From a virus, in the IMG/VR virus record IMGVR_UViG_3300036774_000031, positions 1 to 43,113 of that record: a DNA stretch of 43,113 nt; one strand, 5' to 3'. Below the pieces are notes generated by a model. It had not been told where the DNA came from, made no database searches, and saw only the letters and a program-made list of their open reading frames with translations. Numbering within the stretch: position 1 is the first letter of the stretch; each line of letters starts with the position of its first letter. Position numbers and translations under genes: made by a program. Below are positions 8,541 through 21,184 of this stretch, piece after piece.

Positions 8541-8975
8541 ATGGCGTACGTAAATCCCACAGTTAATGATTTCAAATCATTTTTCGTCAGGGACTTTCCC
8601 TATGGGACAGATCCTAAAACGTCTATTCTTGACTCAGATATTGCCAAGGCGCAGACATTCACGAATGTCAATTTCAATCCCGATTTATGGCAGGATCAAG
8701 GATCCTACAACATCGGTTATAACCTTCTGTCGGCGCACTATCTGGTCATGAACCTTCGCGCGAGCTCACAGGGTATTAACGGACAGTTTGCATTCCTCGA
8801 GCAATCGAAGTCGGCTGGATCGGTTAGTCAGGCATTTGCCATCCCGCAACGCGTCCTTGATAACCCGGATTGGGCCATGCTTGCTAAGACAAACTATGGG
8901 ATGGCCTATTTACAAATGGTAATCCCACAACTAGCAGGACAAATTTATGTTGTAGCGGGATCAACAAGACCATGA
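8541..8975 (+). CDS. Head-tail connector/adaptor (DUF4054-like)
   Basis: 144 aa directly after the capsid gene. The N-terminal NDFKSFFVRDFPYG pattern resembles DUF4054. Confidence 0.55.
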   Translation: MAYVNPTVNDFKSFFVRDFPYGTDPKTSILDSDIAKAQTFTNVNFNPDLWQDQGSYNIGYNLLSAHYLVMNLRASSQGINGQFAFLEQSKSAGSVSQAFAIPQRVLDNPDWAMLAKTNYGMAYLQMVIPQLAGQIYVVAGSTRP

Positions 8976-9526
8976 TTTTTACGTCTAAAATTACGACATG
9001 TAAGACATTCTCGACGTCCATCATTTCTGGGATAGAGATTGTCTGGGATCAGACAATGACCCCTTTTACAATGAGTTTTCAAGGAATTTTTGATACCGCA
9101 TGGTTTTTTATTAAGATGATATTTTTCATTTGTTTTTATCGCATGGCATTTTCGGCATACTCGATGTCCAGCATTATTTTTAAATCTTGTATTTTCTTTA
9201 TTAAATTCATGTCCAAATTTGCAGTGTGTTTTTTTGGCCTGGATGGCGGCCGGGGCCGTTCCTCGCAATATATTTTCTCTTTGCGTCACTATTTCAAGAT
9301 GATCTGGATTTACGCACGAAGGATTTCTACAAAGATGATCGAGCACCATATCTTCGGGAATGGGGCCGCGGATGAATTCATACGCAAGTCGATGCGCACC
9401 ATGTCTTTTATTGAGAAACGATATCGATCCATATCCAAATTTGTTTTTATTTCCACGCCACAGCCAACAAGTCGGTGTTTTTTCGACTTTTTCCCAGAAT
9501 GTTTCTCGCGTGTTATGAATACCCAT
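8945..9526 (-). CDS. HNH homing endonuclease (HNH_3-type) with C-terminal Cys/His zinc-loop repeats
   Basis: CWLWRG...GYG...HRLAYEFIRGPIPEDMVLDHLCRNPSCVNPDHLE...ENILRG, then THCKFGHEF...CRKCH and THCKRGHCL...CLTCR. Opposite strand to the whole structural module. Visibly AT-rich (one 60-nt line is ~33% GC). Confidence 0.85.
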   Translation of the reverse strand: MGIHNTRETFWEKVEKTPTCWLWRGNKNKFGYGSISFLNKRHGAHRLAYEFIRGPIPEDMVLDHLCRNPSCVNPDHLEIVTQRENILRGTAPAAIQAKKTHCKFGHEFNKENTRFKNNAGHRVCRKCHAIKTNEKYHLNKKPCGIKNSLKTHCKRGHCLIPDNLYPRNDGRRECLTCRNFRRKNHGLVDPATT

Positions 9527-9555
9527 AACATGTTATCTAACTGAGATCACTCACA

Positions 9556-10038
9556 ATGTCAAATGATGACGACGTAGAATCAAACTTCAAAGGCCTTGAG
9601 AATATGATCAAGGCTTTAGGCGATAAAGCGCCAATAATCCGCGTGGGTATTCTTGGCGCCAATGGTCGCAGTCAAGCTGGCAAAAAGGGCGCGCCGAGTA
9701 ATGCTCTGATCGGTGCCTGGCATGAATTCGGAACGGTCAAGATGGCTGCGCGGTCATTTCTGCGGATGCCGCTGATCGATCGACTTGACAAGGATCTCGA
9801 GAAGGCTGGCGCATTTGATGAGGACGTCCTGAAGGAAGTCGTCAAGAACAAGTCGACGCTGCCGTGGGCGCGCAAGGTTGCGACGATGGCCGAGGGGATC
9901 ATCGCCGAGGCATTCGCGACGGGCGGATTTGGCAAATGGGCGCCGCTTAAGCCGTCGACCTTGGCACGTAAGAAAAATCTGCAAATACTTGTAGAAACTC
10001 AGCAATTACGGAATTCAATCACTAGTGAGGTCCGTTAG
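9556..10038 (+). CDS. Neck/tail-completion protein (HK97 gp10-like / Mu gpG-like)
   Basis: IGAWHEFGT...ARSFLRMP and C-terminal W.PLKPSTLARKK...ILVETQQLRNSI match motifs of these families. Confidence 0.6.
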   Translation: MSNDDDVESNFKGLENMIKALGDKAPIIRVGILGANGRSQAGKKGAPSNALIGAWHEFGTVKMAARSFLRMPLIDRLDKDLEKAGAFDEDVLKEVVKNKSTLPWARKVATMAEGIIAEAFATGGFGKWAPLKPSTLARKKNLQILVETQQLRNSITSEVR

Positions 10039-10542
10039 TGGGATCGACGATCCTCAATGCAGCCGATATCCCCCTGAACTTCAAACAGGGGACTATTCCA
10101 GACGTTGGCGGCGCACTGAAGGATTGGTTCCAGGCGATGACGTTCACGCAGGTTCAAAAGCAGACGGTCGGCTTCCAGGTGCTCGAGATCGGCGTCGACA
10201 CGAATTTTTGGGGCGTGATCCAGCCGCTCAAACCACAAGCCTTGGCGATCAAGCCAGAGGGCCAGCGGTCGTGGACTTGGCTGCAACTTCATGCCGATCC
10301 ATCCTTGACACTTTTAACCGATGAAGTCGTGACCTATAATGGCGTGCAAACCCGCGTCATGGCACGTCGAGATTATACAATTTATGGATATGTCGAATAC
10401 GAACTTGTCCAAGATTGGACAGATTCGGGTCCGTCGACCTCGCCAGCGATTTACGACGGCGGAAATGCCTATACAATGGACTGGGAAATCAACCTCGACG
10501 GCGGCAATGCGTTCGTGACCGGAAGCCAGGTTGATGGAGGAA

Positions 10543-10559
<17 letters not shown>
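10038..10559 (+). CDS. Head-tail joining / neck protein (putative)
   Basis: 173 aa, GTG start overlapping the previous stop. Assignment is by position and a loose resemblance to head-tail joining proteins only. Confidence 0.4.
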
Positions 10560-14133
<3,574 letters not shown>

Positions 14134-14142
14134 GGGAAGCGC

Positions 14143-14601
14143 ATGGCAACGCGAAATATTCTTGATTATCAGGGAAACGTCATCGGTACGATGACTCTGC
14201 CCGATAGCACCACGGATAGCCAGTGGGCTTTAATCCTTGCGCCCTACGCTATTACGCCCACCCAAGTCCAAGCTAACGCCATATCAATGTCGATTTCCGT
14301 TCGTAAAGCTTATTGCGACGATCTTATGGATCGTTTTAAAAAGCAAAATATTTTAGCCGGTATTAATGGATCTCAAGGACTTTGGATGCACCATCGTCTC
14401 CGGGCTATGGCCGTTACGGCATTTGGTGTGGATTACGTCATTGATATTGTCAATATGATTGTCAGCGGTGACGTGGAACTAGGATGCATCGCTCTTCAGT
14501 ATTCAGTCCCGGACGACATGAGTCAGTCGTATCACTGGTTAAGCGCAACGCGCATTAATTGGCTGATCGCAGATCTTAAGAACTTTCTTGGATGGCCATG
14601 A
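14143..14601 (+). CDS. Hypothetical protein downstream of the fibre (possible fibre assembly factor)
   Basis: 152-aa ORF 9 nt after the fibre stop. No family recognised. Confidence 0.5.
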   Translation: MATRNILDYQGNVIGTMTLPDSTTDSQWALILAPYAITPTQVQANAISMSISVRKAYCDDLMDRFKKQNILAGINGSQGLWMHHRLRAMAVTAFGVDYVIDIVNMIVSGDVELGCIALQYSVPDDMSQSYHWLSATRINWLIADLKNFLGWP

Positions 14602-15209
14602 TTTTACCGATCATACATGACCTGATTTTCTGGCTGCTTCGGCCGCTCACTGCTCGCTTCGGGGCGTGGGAACTGCCTGTTCGCCATCGGGATATGACGG
14701 CGGATGATACTTTCTTCGTGACCGGATTGGCCAAACCTGGCGATTTGCTCTTGGCCTATAAATGGGGTGTCGCATCCAATCTAGGAATACCAGGCAAATG
14801 GAAGCACGCTGCGATGGTCGGACAGAACGGCGCGACTGTTATCGAGGCTATTGCCGCAGGCGTGCGCGAGACAGATCTGCACGACTGGTGTTTGGATCAT
14901 GATCGCGTGGCGCTGCTATCGCCTCTATTCGCTGATGGGGTCGAAGGCATATTGGCCGCTGGGTTTGCCAAAACCTTGATCGGACAACCATACGACGAAT
15001 CTTTTGAGTTTCACGAAATACGCACTAAGAATGCCGGATTTTATTGCTCGAAGGTCGTCTGGTGGTGCTGGGATCAGGTGATGTTGGCCAGCCATAAGAA
15101 AAGCCCGTTTCATCCCGAGCTCGTTCTTGGCGTTCCAACAGAGACGCCGCAAGATCTGGCGAATGAGAAAAGCGATTGGCGCATCACCTGGGTTAAAGGA
15201 ACGCTATGA
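14592..15209 (+). CDS. Permuted papain-like amidase (YaeF/YiiX, C92 / NlpC-P60 superfamily) with hydrophobic N-terminus
   Basis: KPGDLLL...WKHAAMVG..ATVIEA...GV...GQPYD...FYCSKVVWW has the His-before-Cys order typical of the permuted family. N-terminal ILPIIHDLIFWLL is hydrophobic. Confidence 0.55.
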   Translation: MAMILPIIHDLIFWLLRPLTARFGAWELPVRHRDMTADDTFFVTGLAKPGDLLLAYKWGVASNLGIPGKWKHAAMVGQNGATVIEAIAAGVRETDLHDWCLDHDRVALLSPLFADGVEGILAAGFAKTLIGQPYDESFEFHEIRTKNAGFYCSKVVWWCWDQVMLASHKKSPFHPELVLGVPTETPQDLANEKSDWRITWVKGTL

Positions 15210-15955
15210 CGCTATCTATGATGCAAACCGCTACAGCCGTGGGCGCCAACATTACGGCGTCATTCCAGGGTGTTGGCGGTATTTTGCCATATAGTTATTC
15301 GGTTTTTCCTGGGGGCGCTGGCGGATCGATTGACGCTTCGACGGGCGTCTATACGGCGCCGGCAACGATCGCATCTAGTCCGACTGATGCATATGATGTC
15401 GTCACGGTAACCGATGCGGTTAACGCGAAAGTCAGCAGCCAGATCCTTGTCGGAACGCCATTGATGCTGTTCTGCGAGATCGTCCAACGGCAAATGGGTT
15501 TGGCAAACGGTCGCGTATACGTCTGGGATCAGAAAATCAATATGCCGACCGACTCCGGTCTGTGGATTGTCGTTTCGGTTGCTAGATGTAAACCATTTGG
15601 AAATGTCAATCGTTTTGTTGATGATGGGGGCGCCGGCCAATCGCAGCAGTATGTGTCGATGAACGCCTTGCTCGACATTGACTTGATCAGCCGCGGTACG
15701 GGCGCGCGCGACCGCAAAGAAGAGTTCCTAATGGCCGTCAATAGCAACTATGCCCAATACCAGCAGGACGCCAACAGCTTCTATATTGGAAAACTTCCGG
15801 CAGGATCTTCGTTCATCAATCTGTCGGAACTTGATGGCGACGCCATCCCTTATCGATTTCGTATCAGCCTGGCCTTGATGTATGCTGTCAGCAAACAAGC
15901 CAATGCTCCGTATTACGATAATAATTTCATTTTCACGACTGCGACAAACGCATAA
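15206..15955 (+). CDS. Ig-like domain protein, putative tail terminator/sheath-proximal neck protein
   Basis: The N-terminal ~85 aa are Ig-like (LPYSYSVFPGGAGGSIDASTGVYTAP...VTVTD). Lies immediately upstream of the sheath. The function is positional inference. Confidence 0.4.
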   Translation: MTLSMMQTATAVGANITASFQGVGGILPYSYSVFPGGAGGSIDASTGVYTAPATIASSPTDAYDVVTVTDAVNAKVSSQILVGTPLMLFCEIVQRQMGLANGRVYVWDQKINMPTDSGLWIVVSVARCKPFGNVNRFVDDGGAGQSQQYVSMNALLDIDLISRGTGARDRKEEFLMAVNSNYAQYQQDANSFYIGKLPAGSSFINLSELDGDAIPYRFRISLALMYAVSKQANAPYYDNNFIFTTATNA

Positions 15956-15973
15956 TTTTGGAGGATTTCTGGC

Positions 15974-17110
15974 ATGACTCAACAACTGTCACTTACAAAC
16001 GTCATCAACATCTCAGTGTCGCAGACGCCAGTCGGTGTCAGCGCATTCAACACCAGTAACCTCGCGCTTTTTACGGGCGAGACGCCGGGGATGGGGTTCG
16101 GTTCCCTCGGCTATAAGATCTATCTAGATCCAACGGATGTTGCCACGGACTTCGGTTCCGGCAGCGTCACGTATGCCATGGCCTTAGGCGTGTTCTCGCA
16201 GCAGCCTAATATCCTGGCCGGCGGCGGATATCTGGTCATTATCCCATATCTATCTATGGAAACCATGGCGGCGGCCATTACGCGGACCTCGACTCTTGTC
16301 CAGTATTTCGGTTGCATGAGCGCCGCAATCGAATCCCAAGCCGATATGCTGGCGGCAGCGGCCGTCATCCAAGCCAATCCGATTCTAATAGGATTCTTTG
16401 TCCAACGGACGACAGGAAGCATCGCGCCAGGTGGATCGCTTGATCTTCTTCGAAGCGGTTCATTCTATCAATCGCGCGGTCTGTTCTATGGTGCGGCGGA
16501 CGATACGACGGCGCTTGTCATGCAAGCCAGCTATGCCGGTCGCGCTCTGTCGGTTAATTTCAGCGGATCGAACACGACGATCACGATGCACCTCAAGACC
16601 CTTGCCGGCGTCCAGCCAGATCCGACCATCACGCAGACCTATCTCACCGAAGCCATCACGGCCGGCGCCGACACTTATGTCAGTTTGCAGGGCGCCCCAT
16701 CGGTGTTCTGTGTTGGCGCAAACAAGTTCTTCGATCAGGTCTATAACCTCGGTTGGGCTATCGGGGCGTTGCAAGTCGCTGGATTCAATTATCTTGCGCA
16801 GGCGTCGACGAAAGTTCCTCAGACCGAGAACGGCATGAGCGGTCTCAAAGGTGCATATCGTACTGTCTGCGAACAGGGCGTATCGAATCAATACTTGGCG
16901 CCAGGGACATGGACAAGCCCAGTAACATTCGGGAACCAAAAAGACATGTTATCTAATATTTCTCAGAATGGTTATTACATTTACTCAGCCCCAATAGCAT
17001 CACAGTTGGCAGTCGATCGCGCCGCACGCAAGGCGCCCCTGGTGCAGATCGCGCTTAAAGAAGCCGGCGCAATCCAGTCGAGTTCCGTAATCGTCAACGT
17101 AAATCCATAA
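15974..17110 (+). CDS. Tail sheath protein (DUF3383-like)
   Basis: 378 aa with a GGAGGA SD. Directly precedes tube, chaperone and tape measure. The baseplate W/J/I genes indicate a contractile tail. Confidence 0.6.
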   Translation: MTQQLSLTNVINISVSQTPVGVSAFNTSNLALFTGETPGMGFGSLGYKIYLDPTDVATDFGSGSVTYAMALGVFSQQPNILAGGGYLVIIPYLSMETMAAAITRTSTLVQYFGCMSAAIESQADMLAAAAVIQANPILIGFFVQRTTGSIAPGGSLDLLRSGSFYQSRGLFYGAADDTTALVMQASYAGRALSVNFSGSNTTITMHLKTLAGVQPDPTITQTYLTEAITAGADTYVSLQGAPSVFCVGANKFFDQVYNLGWAIGALQVAGFNYLAQASTKVPQTENGMSGLKGAYRTVCEQGVSNQYLAPGTWTSPVTFGNQKDMLSNISQNGYYIYSAPIASQLAVDRAARKAPLVQIALKEAGAIQSSSVIVNVNP

Positions 17111-17134
17111 CGAATATTTTTAAGGAGGCGCTAC

Positions 17135-17596
17135 ATGCCAGCAGTTTCAATGTCAGGAAACGATACGATCTTAATAAATAATCACACTATGGTTGATTTG
17201 GCGGAGGGCAATGTCGTGGATTTGACCTTCCCGACTGATATCGCCAACGTCAAAACAGGAAAGAATGGCAATTCGATTTACGGATTAAATGAAACAGGTA
17301 AACAATGCGAAGTAAAGATCAGGGTTCTTCGGGGATCTGATGATGATAAATTTCTGAATAATCTTCTTCGTCAGCAACAATCTGGTTTCCAGAGTTTCCC
17401 GCTATTGATTGGAAGTTTCATAAAATATATCGGCGATGGTACGGGGTCATTCACGACCGATACTTATGTCATGTCTGGTGGGGTGTTTACAAAAATACCC
17501 GAGGCGAAAAGCAACGTTGAGGGTGATACGGAACAGTCTGTTTGTATTTATACAATGAAATTCAGCAACGCGCCTCGTTCAATAGGAAATGGATAA
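17135..17596 (+). CDS. Tail tube protein (DUF3277-like)
   Basis: 153 aa with an AAGGAGG SD, between the sheath and the chaperone. Confidence 0.6.
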   Translation: MPAVSMSGNDTILINNHTMVDLAEGNVVDLTFPTDIANVKTGKNGNSIYGLNETGKQCEVKIRVLRGSDDDKFLNNLLRQQQSGFQSFPLLIGSFIKYIGDGTGSFTTDTYVMSGGVFTKIPEAKSNVEGDTEQSVCIYTMKFSNAPRSIGNG

Positions 17597-17996
17597 AATG
17601 AGGGAAGTAAATCTGCCGAGTGGCGCAGTTTTGATGGTAATGCCAAGCCCGTTCGGCACAGCGAAAACGCTTTATCAGGCGATTTTAAAAGAAGTTCAGG
17701 GCATCGCAATCTCATCGACTATGGAGATGGCGACTCTTTACAAAGATCTTTTTTGCAAAGGGTTTACATCTCCGGCTGTCGAGGCCGCTCTATGGGAATG
17801 CATGAAACGGTGTACGTGCGATCAGGGTAAGGGTCAATTAAAGATCACGCCCGATACATTTGAACCCGTGGAGCGCCGCGATGACTTCATGAAGGTGTGC
17901 GTCGAGGTTGCGAAAGAGAACGTAATGCCTTTTATGAAAAGCCTCTATGCCGAGTTCGGGTCCCTTTTCGGAGCGACAGAAAATCCCCCGACGTAG
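17589..17996 (+). CDS. Tail assembly chaperone (G-like)
   Basis: 135 aa between tube and tape measure, with an overlapping -1 frame ORF at its 3' end. Confidence 0.65.
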   Translation: MDKMREVNLPSGAVLMVMPSPFGTAKTLYQAILKEVQGIAISSTMEMATLYKDLFCKGFTSPAVEAALWECMKRCTCDQGKGQLKITPDTFEPVERRDDFMKVCVEVAKENVMPFMKSLYAEFGSLFGATENPPT

Positions 17997-18166
17997 AGGC
18001 TACGGACGACGATCTTCTGGTCTATTTCAAGCTATGTAAAGCTGGATATGCATCCTCAGTTACCGAAGCCGCAGAATTCGACGCACGAACCGTATTGCAA
18101 GCACTCCATTACGAAAACTTCTGCAGTGACTATGATCATACATTCATGATGATCAACAAAGGATAG
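17897..18166 (+). CDS. -1 frame extension ORF of the tail chaperone (GT-like frameshift product)
   Basis: Open in the -1 frame relative to 17589-17996 and overlapping its last 100 nt. It ends 5 nt before the tape-measure start. This is the conserved G/GT arrangement. Confidence 0.55.
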   Translation: MRRGCERERNAFYEKPLCRVRVPFRSDRKSPDVEATDDDLLVYFKLCKAGYASSVTEAAEFDARTVLQALHYENFCSDYDHTFMMINKG

Positions 18167-18170
18167 AACC

Positions 18171-19970
18171 GTGCAAGTCGGTGAATTGTTCATAAATCTT
18201 GGAGTCAAGGGACAGGAAAAAACCATTGCTGCCCTAACTGGCATCCGCGGTGGGTTGAACGACACAACATCGAATGCGCTGGCCGCGAAGGCCGCGATTG
18301 TCGGCCTGCTTTATGCTGTCGGAAAATTGATATCCGATACTGGACAAGTTGGCACTTCCTTAACCAATGCCAATGCCACACTCGGAATGTCAACAAGACT
18401 GCTTCAGCAATACCAATATGCTGCACGTCAGGCCGGAGCATCTAATGAGGAGATGACCGGATCATTCAAGTCTCTGTCTCAGATTGCAACAGATGTCCTT
18501 CTAAAAGGAAATGCGCCGGAAGGTCTTGCCAGGATCGCGCAGGTCACCAAAATGCAAACCGGCGAGATGTTAAGACTGCTGAAGAGTGCCAGCGAAGGCG
18601 ATGTTATCCCATTGTTCAAGATTCTCGATCAATATGCCCGTCTAGAAACTAATATTGGTTATCGCAACAAAAATTTAAAGGGCATGGGAATCAGCGAGGG
18701 GATTGCGGCGGGTTCTATTAGAAATAAATTTACGCCTGAGATTTTGGAAAAGGCGCCGTTGTACGGCGACAAAGAAGTTAAATCACTAGATAACGCCCAT
18801 ATCGGATGGAAGAATCTTGCTAATACGATGGAAATGGCATTCGGGCATTTCAACGCCAAACATGGTGCAGAGATTGTCGGTGAGCTTAACAAAATAATTC
18901 CTAAAGTTATCGATCTTGCTGAGGCATTTGACAAACTAGCAACAAACCTGGGGGTGTTTGAAAAATTCGGAAAAATTATAGAGGGCTGGACGTATATTCT
19001 TCAGGGTCTATTATATATCGTCAATGAAATGAATAAGTCTGGTGAAGGTGCTCCGGGAGAAAAAAACAAACCCGGAGATACGCGTCCAGGGACCCCAAAA
19101 AGCAGGAATGCCGCGAAAGACAAAATTCTTTCCGAAGGGATTTCATCATTTCTAGGGCAGATGTTTTATGATGCCCCTGCGCCTCCGGAAAAATCGCCGT
19201 CTGGACAACGGGCAGGTACTCCACAAGAAATGCTAGGACGTTCATCTGGTGGGACTGTCGAACAATTCATGGCGGGCGGAGCTGTATACTTGGCTGGAGG
19301 CGGCGAGGCGGGGGTTGCTAAGGGTTTCCGCAATAAACCAAGTCCAGATGATGATACGACATGGAGTACCGAAGAAATAAATGCGGCCATCGCTAAAGGA
19401 AAACAATGGCAAGTAGTAGATAAAACCCAATATGGATTTCCAAGTTCATATTTATCTCCAAGTAATAAACTTTATCACCTAGGAAAAGGTGATGGGAATT
19501 TCCATTTAGTGAAACAATCGGATGATGATTACGATACGATCACTCAATCCATGCTCAAATATTATAATAAGATTCATGGACTCGCGACTGGCGGAATGGT
19601 CTATCTCGCTGGCGGCGGAAATCCATTTAAGCCACGCGGCACTGATACGATACCAGCAATGTTGACGCCCGGAGAATATGTTCTAAATACAAAAATGGTT
19701 GGCCAGATTGGTTCTGGTCCATTAGAACATTGGCGCCGCGGCGGTAAACCACCTGCGCATTTTGCTGCTGGTGGTATGACTGATTTCGCGAGCGCGATCA
19801 GTCCTACTCATCCGGCGGGGATCGGCGGCGGCGGATCTCAGAATATCAACGTAAACCAAAATCTAAATTTTCAACACGAAGGTAAGGACGCGCAGAAAAC
19901 CGGCGAATCTGTCAAACAGGCTATCCAACAGGCATATAGGCAGATGCCAGGATTAGTCCAAGGAGCGTAA
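18171..19970 (+). CDS. Tape measure protein
   Basis: 599 aa, helical N-half. Two GG.VYLAGGG motifs and a DTIPAMLTPGEYVLN motif common in tape measure proteins. Follows the chaperone pair. Confidence 0.85.
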   Translation: MQVGELFINLGVKGQEKTIAALTGIRGGLNDTTSNALAAKAAIVGLLYAVGKLISDTGQVGTSLTNANATLGMSTRLLQQYQYAARQAGASNEEMTGSFKSLSQIATDVLLKGNAPEGLARIAQVTKMQTGEMLRLLKSASEGDVIPLFKILDQYARLETNIGYRNKNLKGMGISEGIAAGSIRNKFTPEILEKAPLYGDKEVKSLDNAHIGWKNLANTMEMAFGHFNAKHGAEIVGELNKIIPKVIDLAEAFDKLATNLGVFEKFGKIIEGWTYILQGLLYIVNEMNKSGEGAPGEKNKPGDTRPGTPKSRNAAKDKILSEGISSFLGQMFYDAPAPPEKSPSGQRAGTPQEMLGRSSGGTVEQFMAGGAVYLAGGGEAGVAKGFRNKPSPDDDTTWSTEEINAAIAKGKQWQVVDKTQYGFPSSYLSPSNKLYHLGKGDGNFHLVKQSDDDYDTITQSMLKYYNKIHGLATGGMVYLAGGGNPFKPRGTDTIPAMLTPGEYVLNTKMVGQIGSGPLEHWRRGGKPPAHFAAGGMTDFASAISPTHPAGIGGGGSQNINVNQNLNFQHEGKDAQKTGESVKQAIQQAYRQMPGLVQGA

Positions 19971-19973
19971 GAT

Positions 19974-20840
19974 ATGCCAAATCTATCTGGACTATCTGCC
20001 GCAACAACTTCGGCGACCGCGTTATCGAATCTCATTCTTGTTTCACCTCAGGATGTTGTCGGTTATCAACCGCAAAATCCCCCATTCTCAGATGGTACAC
20101 CGTCGACAGCTCCGCTTAGGCCGGCGCTGCTGTTCCATTATGAGGGTGAACAGACGGCGATGCTCGAAAGCGATATCACAGACCATTACGTTGAGGACAA
20201 TACGGCGATCCAGGATCAGATTGCGTTGCGTCCCGAGACGATCACGACCCACGGATTCATCGGCGAGCTCAATGATGTGCCGACTGGCATTCTAAAATTA
20301 TTGAAGGCCGCTGCCGATAAACTCTTGATTATCGGTGCCTACACGCCAGAACTGGCCGTTGCCGCACAGATTGCCTATGCCGAAGCGACACTTGTTTATG
20401 CGGCGGCATCTAGTTTGGCAGATAGTGCGATATCGGCGTGGGATACATTGCAGAATCAGGGCGGCAACAGCGTCATTGGATCTGGAGGTTTGACGCCGCA
20501 GAAGGGTCAAAACAAGCAACAGACGATGTTCCAGCAGTTCTATGGATACTGGCGCGACCGTCGACTGTTCACGGTTCAAACTCCGTGGGCTGTATTTCAG
20601 GATATGGCGATCAAATCTCTGCGCGCGATCCAGGATGCCGAGACGCGGGTGATAACGGATTTCGAGGTCACATTCAAGATAATTAGGAATGCATCGACTA
20701 TAACATCCTCAACACTTCCTCCTGGATATCAAACAATAGGAAATGCACAGGCATCTCCTTTACAGGATCTCGGTACGTCCGCCTTAAACGCGTCTGGCGG
20801 AATTGGCGAAAGTATCTCAAGCATGGTGGCAATAGAATGA
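19974..20840 (+). CDS. Tail/baseplate protein following the tape measure (XkdP / Mu gp43 position)
   Basis: 288 aa. The motif SDITDHYVEDNTAIQDQIALRPETITTHGFIGE resembles post-tape-measure tail proteins. Otherwise positional. Confidence 0.45.
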   Translation: MPNLSGLSAATTSATALSNLILVSPQDVVGYQPQNPPFSDGTPSTAPLRPALLFHYEGEQTAMLESDITDHYVEDNTAIQDQIALRPETITTHGFIGELNDVPTGILKLLKAAADKLLIIGAYTPELAVAAQIAYAEATLVYAAASSLADSAISAWDTLQNQGGNSVIGSGGLTPQKGQNKQQTMFQQFYGYWRDRRLFTVQTPWAVFQDMAIKSLRAIQDAETRVITDFEVTFKIIRNASTITSSTLPPGYQTIGNAQASPLQDLGTSALNASGGIGESISSMVAIE

Positions 20841-21184
20841 TGTTTCTAATCCAACACATATCTAGTAGCGCATTTCAAACACAGCGGTTTTCCTTGCCGG
20901 ATGGTTCTTCATTTTCAATGACATTATCTTTTCGACCCCGCCAGATCGGATGGTTTATCAATTCATTGACATATGGATCGTTCATTCTCCAGGGACTTCG
21001 TATCACTAACAGCCCGAATATGCTTCATCAGTTCAAAAATCAGATCCCATTCGGACTTGGATGCTTTTCGACGCAGAACAGAGAACCGACTTTCCAACAG
21101 GATTTCTCATCTGGTGCATCTAAACTCTATGTCTTGAGTCAATCTGAAATTGTTCAATATTGGGAATATTTGCAGCGTGGATAA
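20837..21184 (+). CDS. Hypothetical baseplate-module protein (115 aa)
   Basis: ATGA-coupled to the upstream gene. AT-rich. No family recognised. Confidence 0.5.
   Translation: MMFLIQHISSSAFQTQRFSLPDGSSFSMTLSFRPRQIGWFINSLTYGSFILQGLRITNSPNMLHQFKNQIPFGLGCFSTQNREPTFQQDFSSGASKLYVLSQSEIVQYWEYLQRG

Noticed and set aside
17962-17968. CCCTTTT as the slippery site for the tail chaperone frameshift
   Set aside because: It is phased as X XXY YYZ only in the -1 frame, not in the zero frame of the upstream chaperone ORF.
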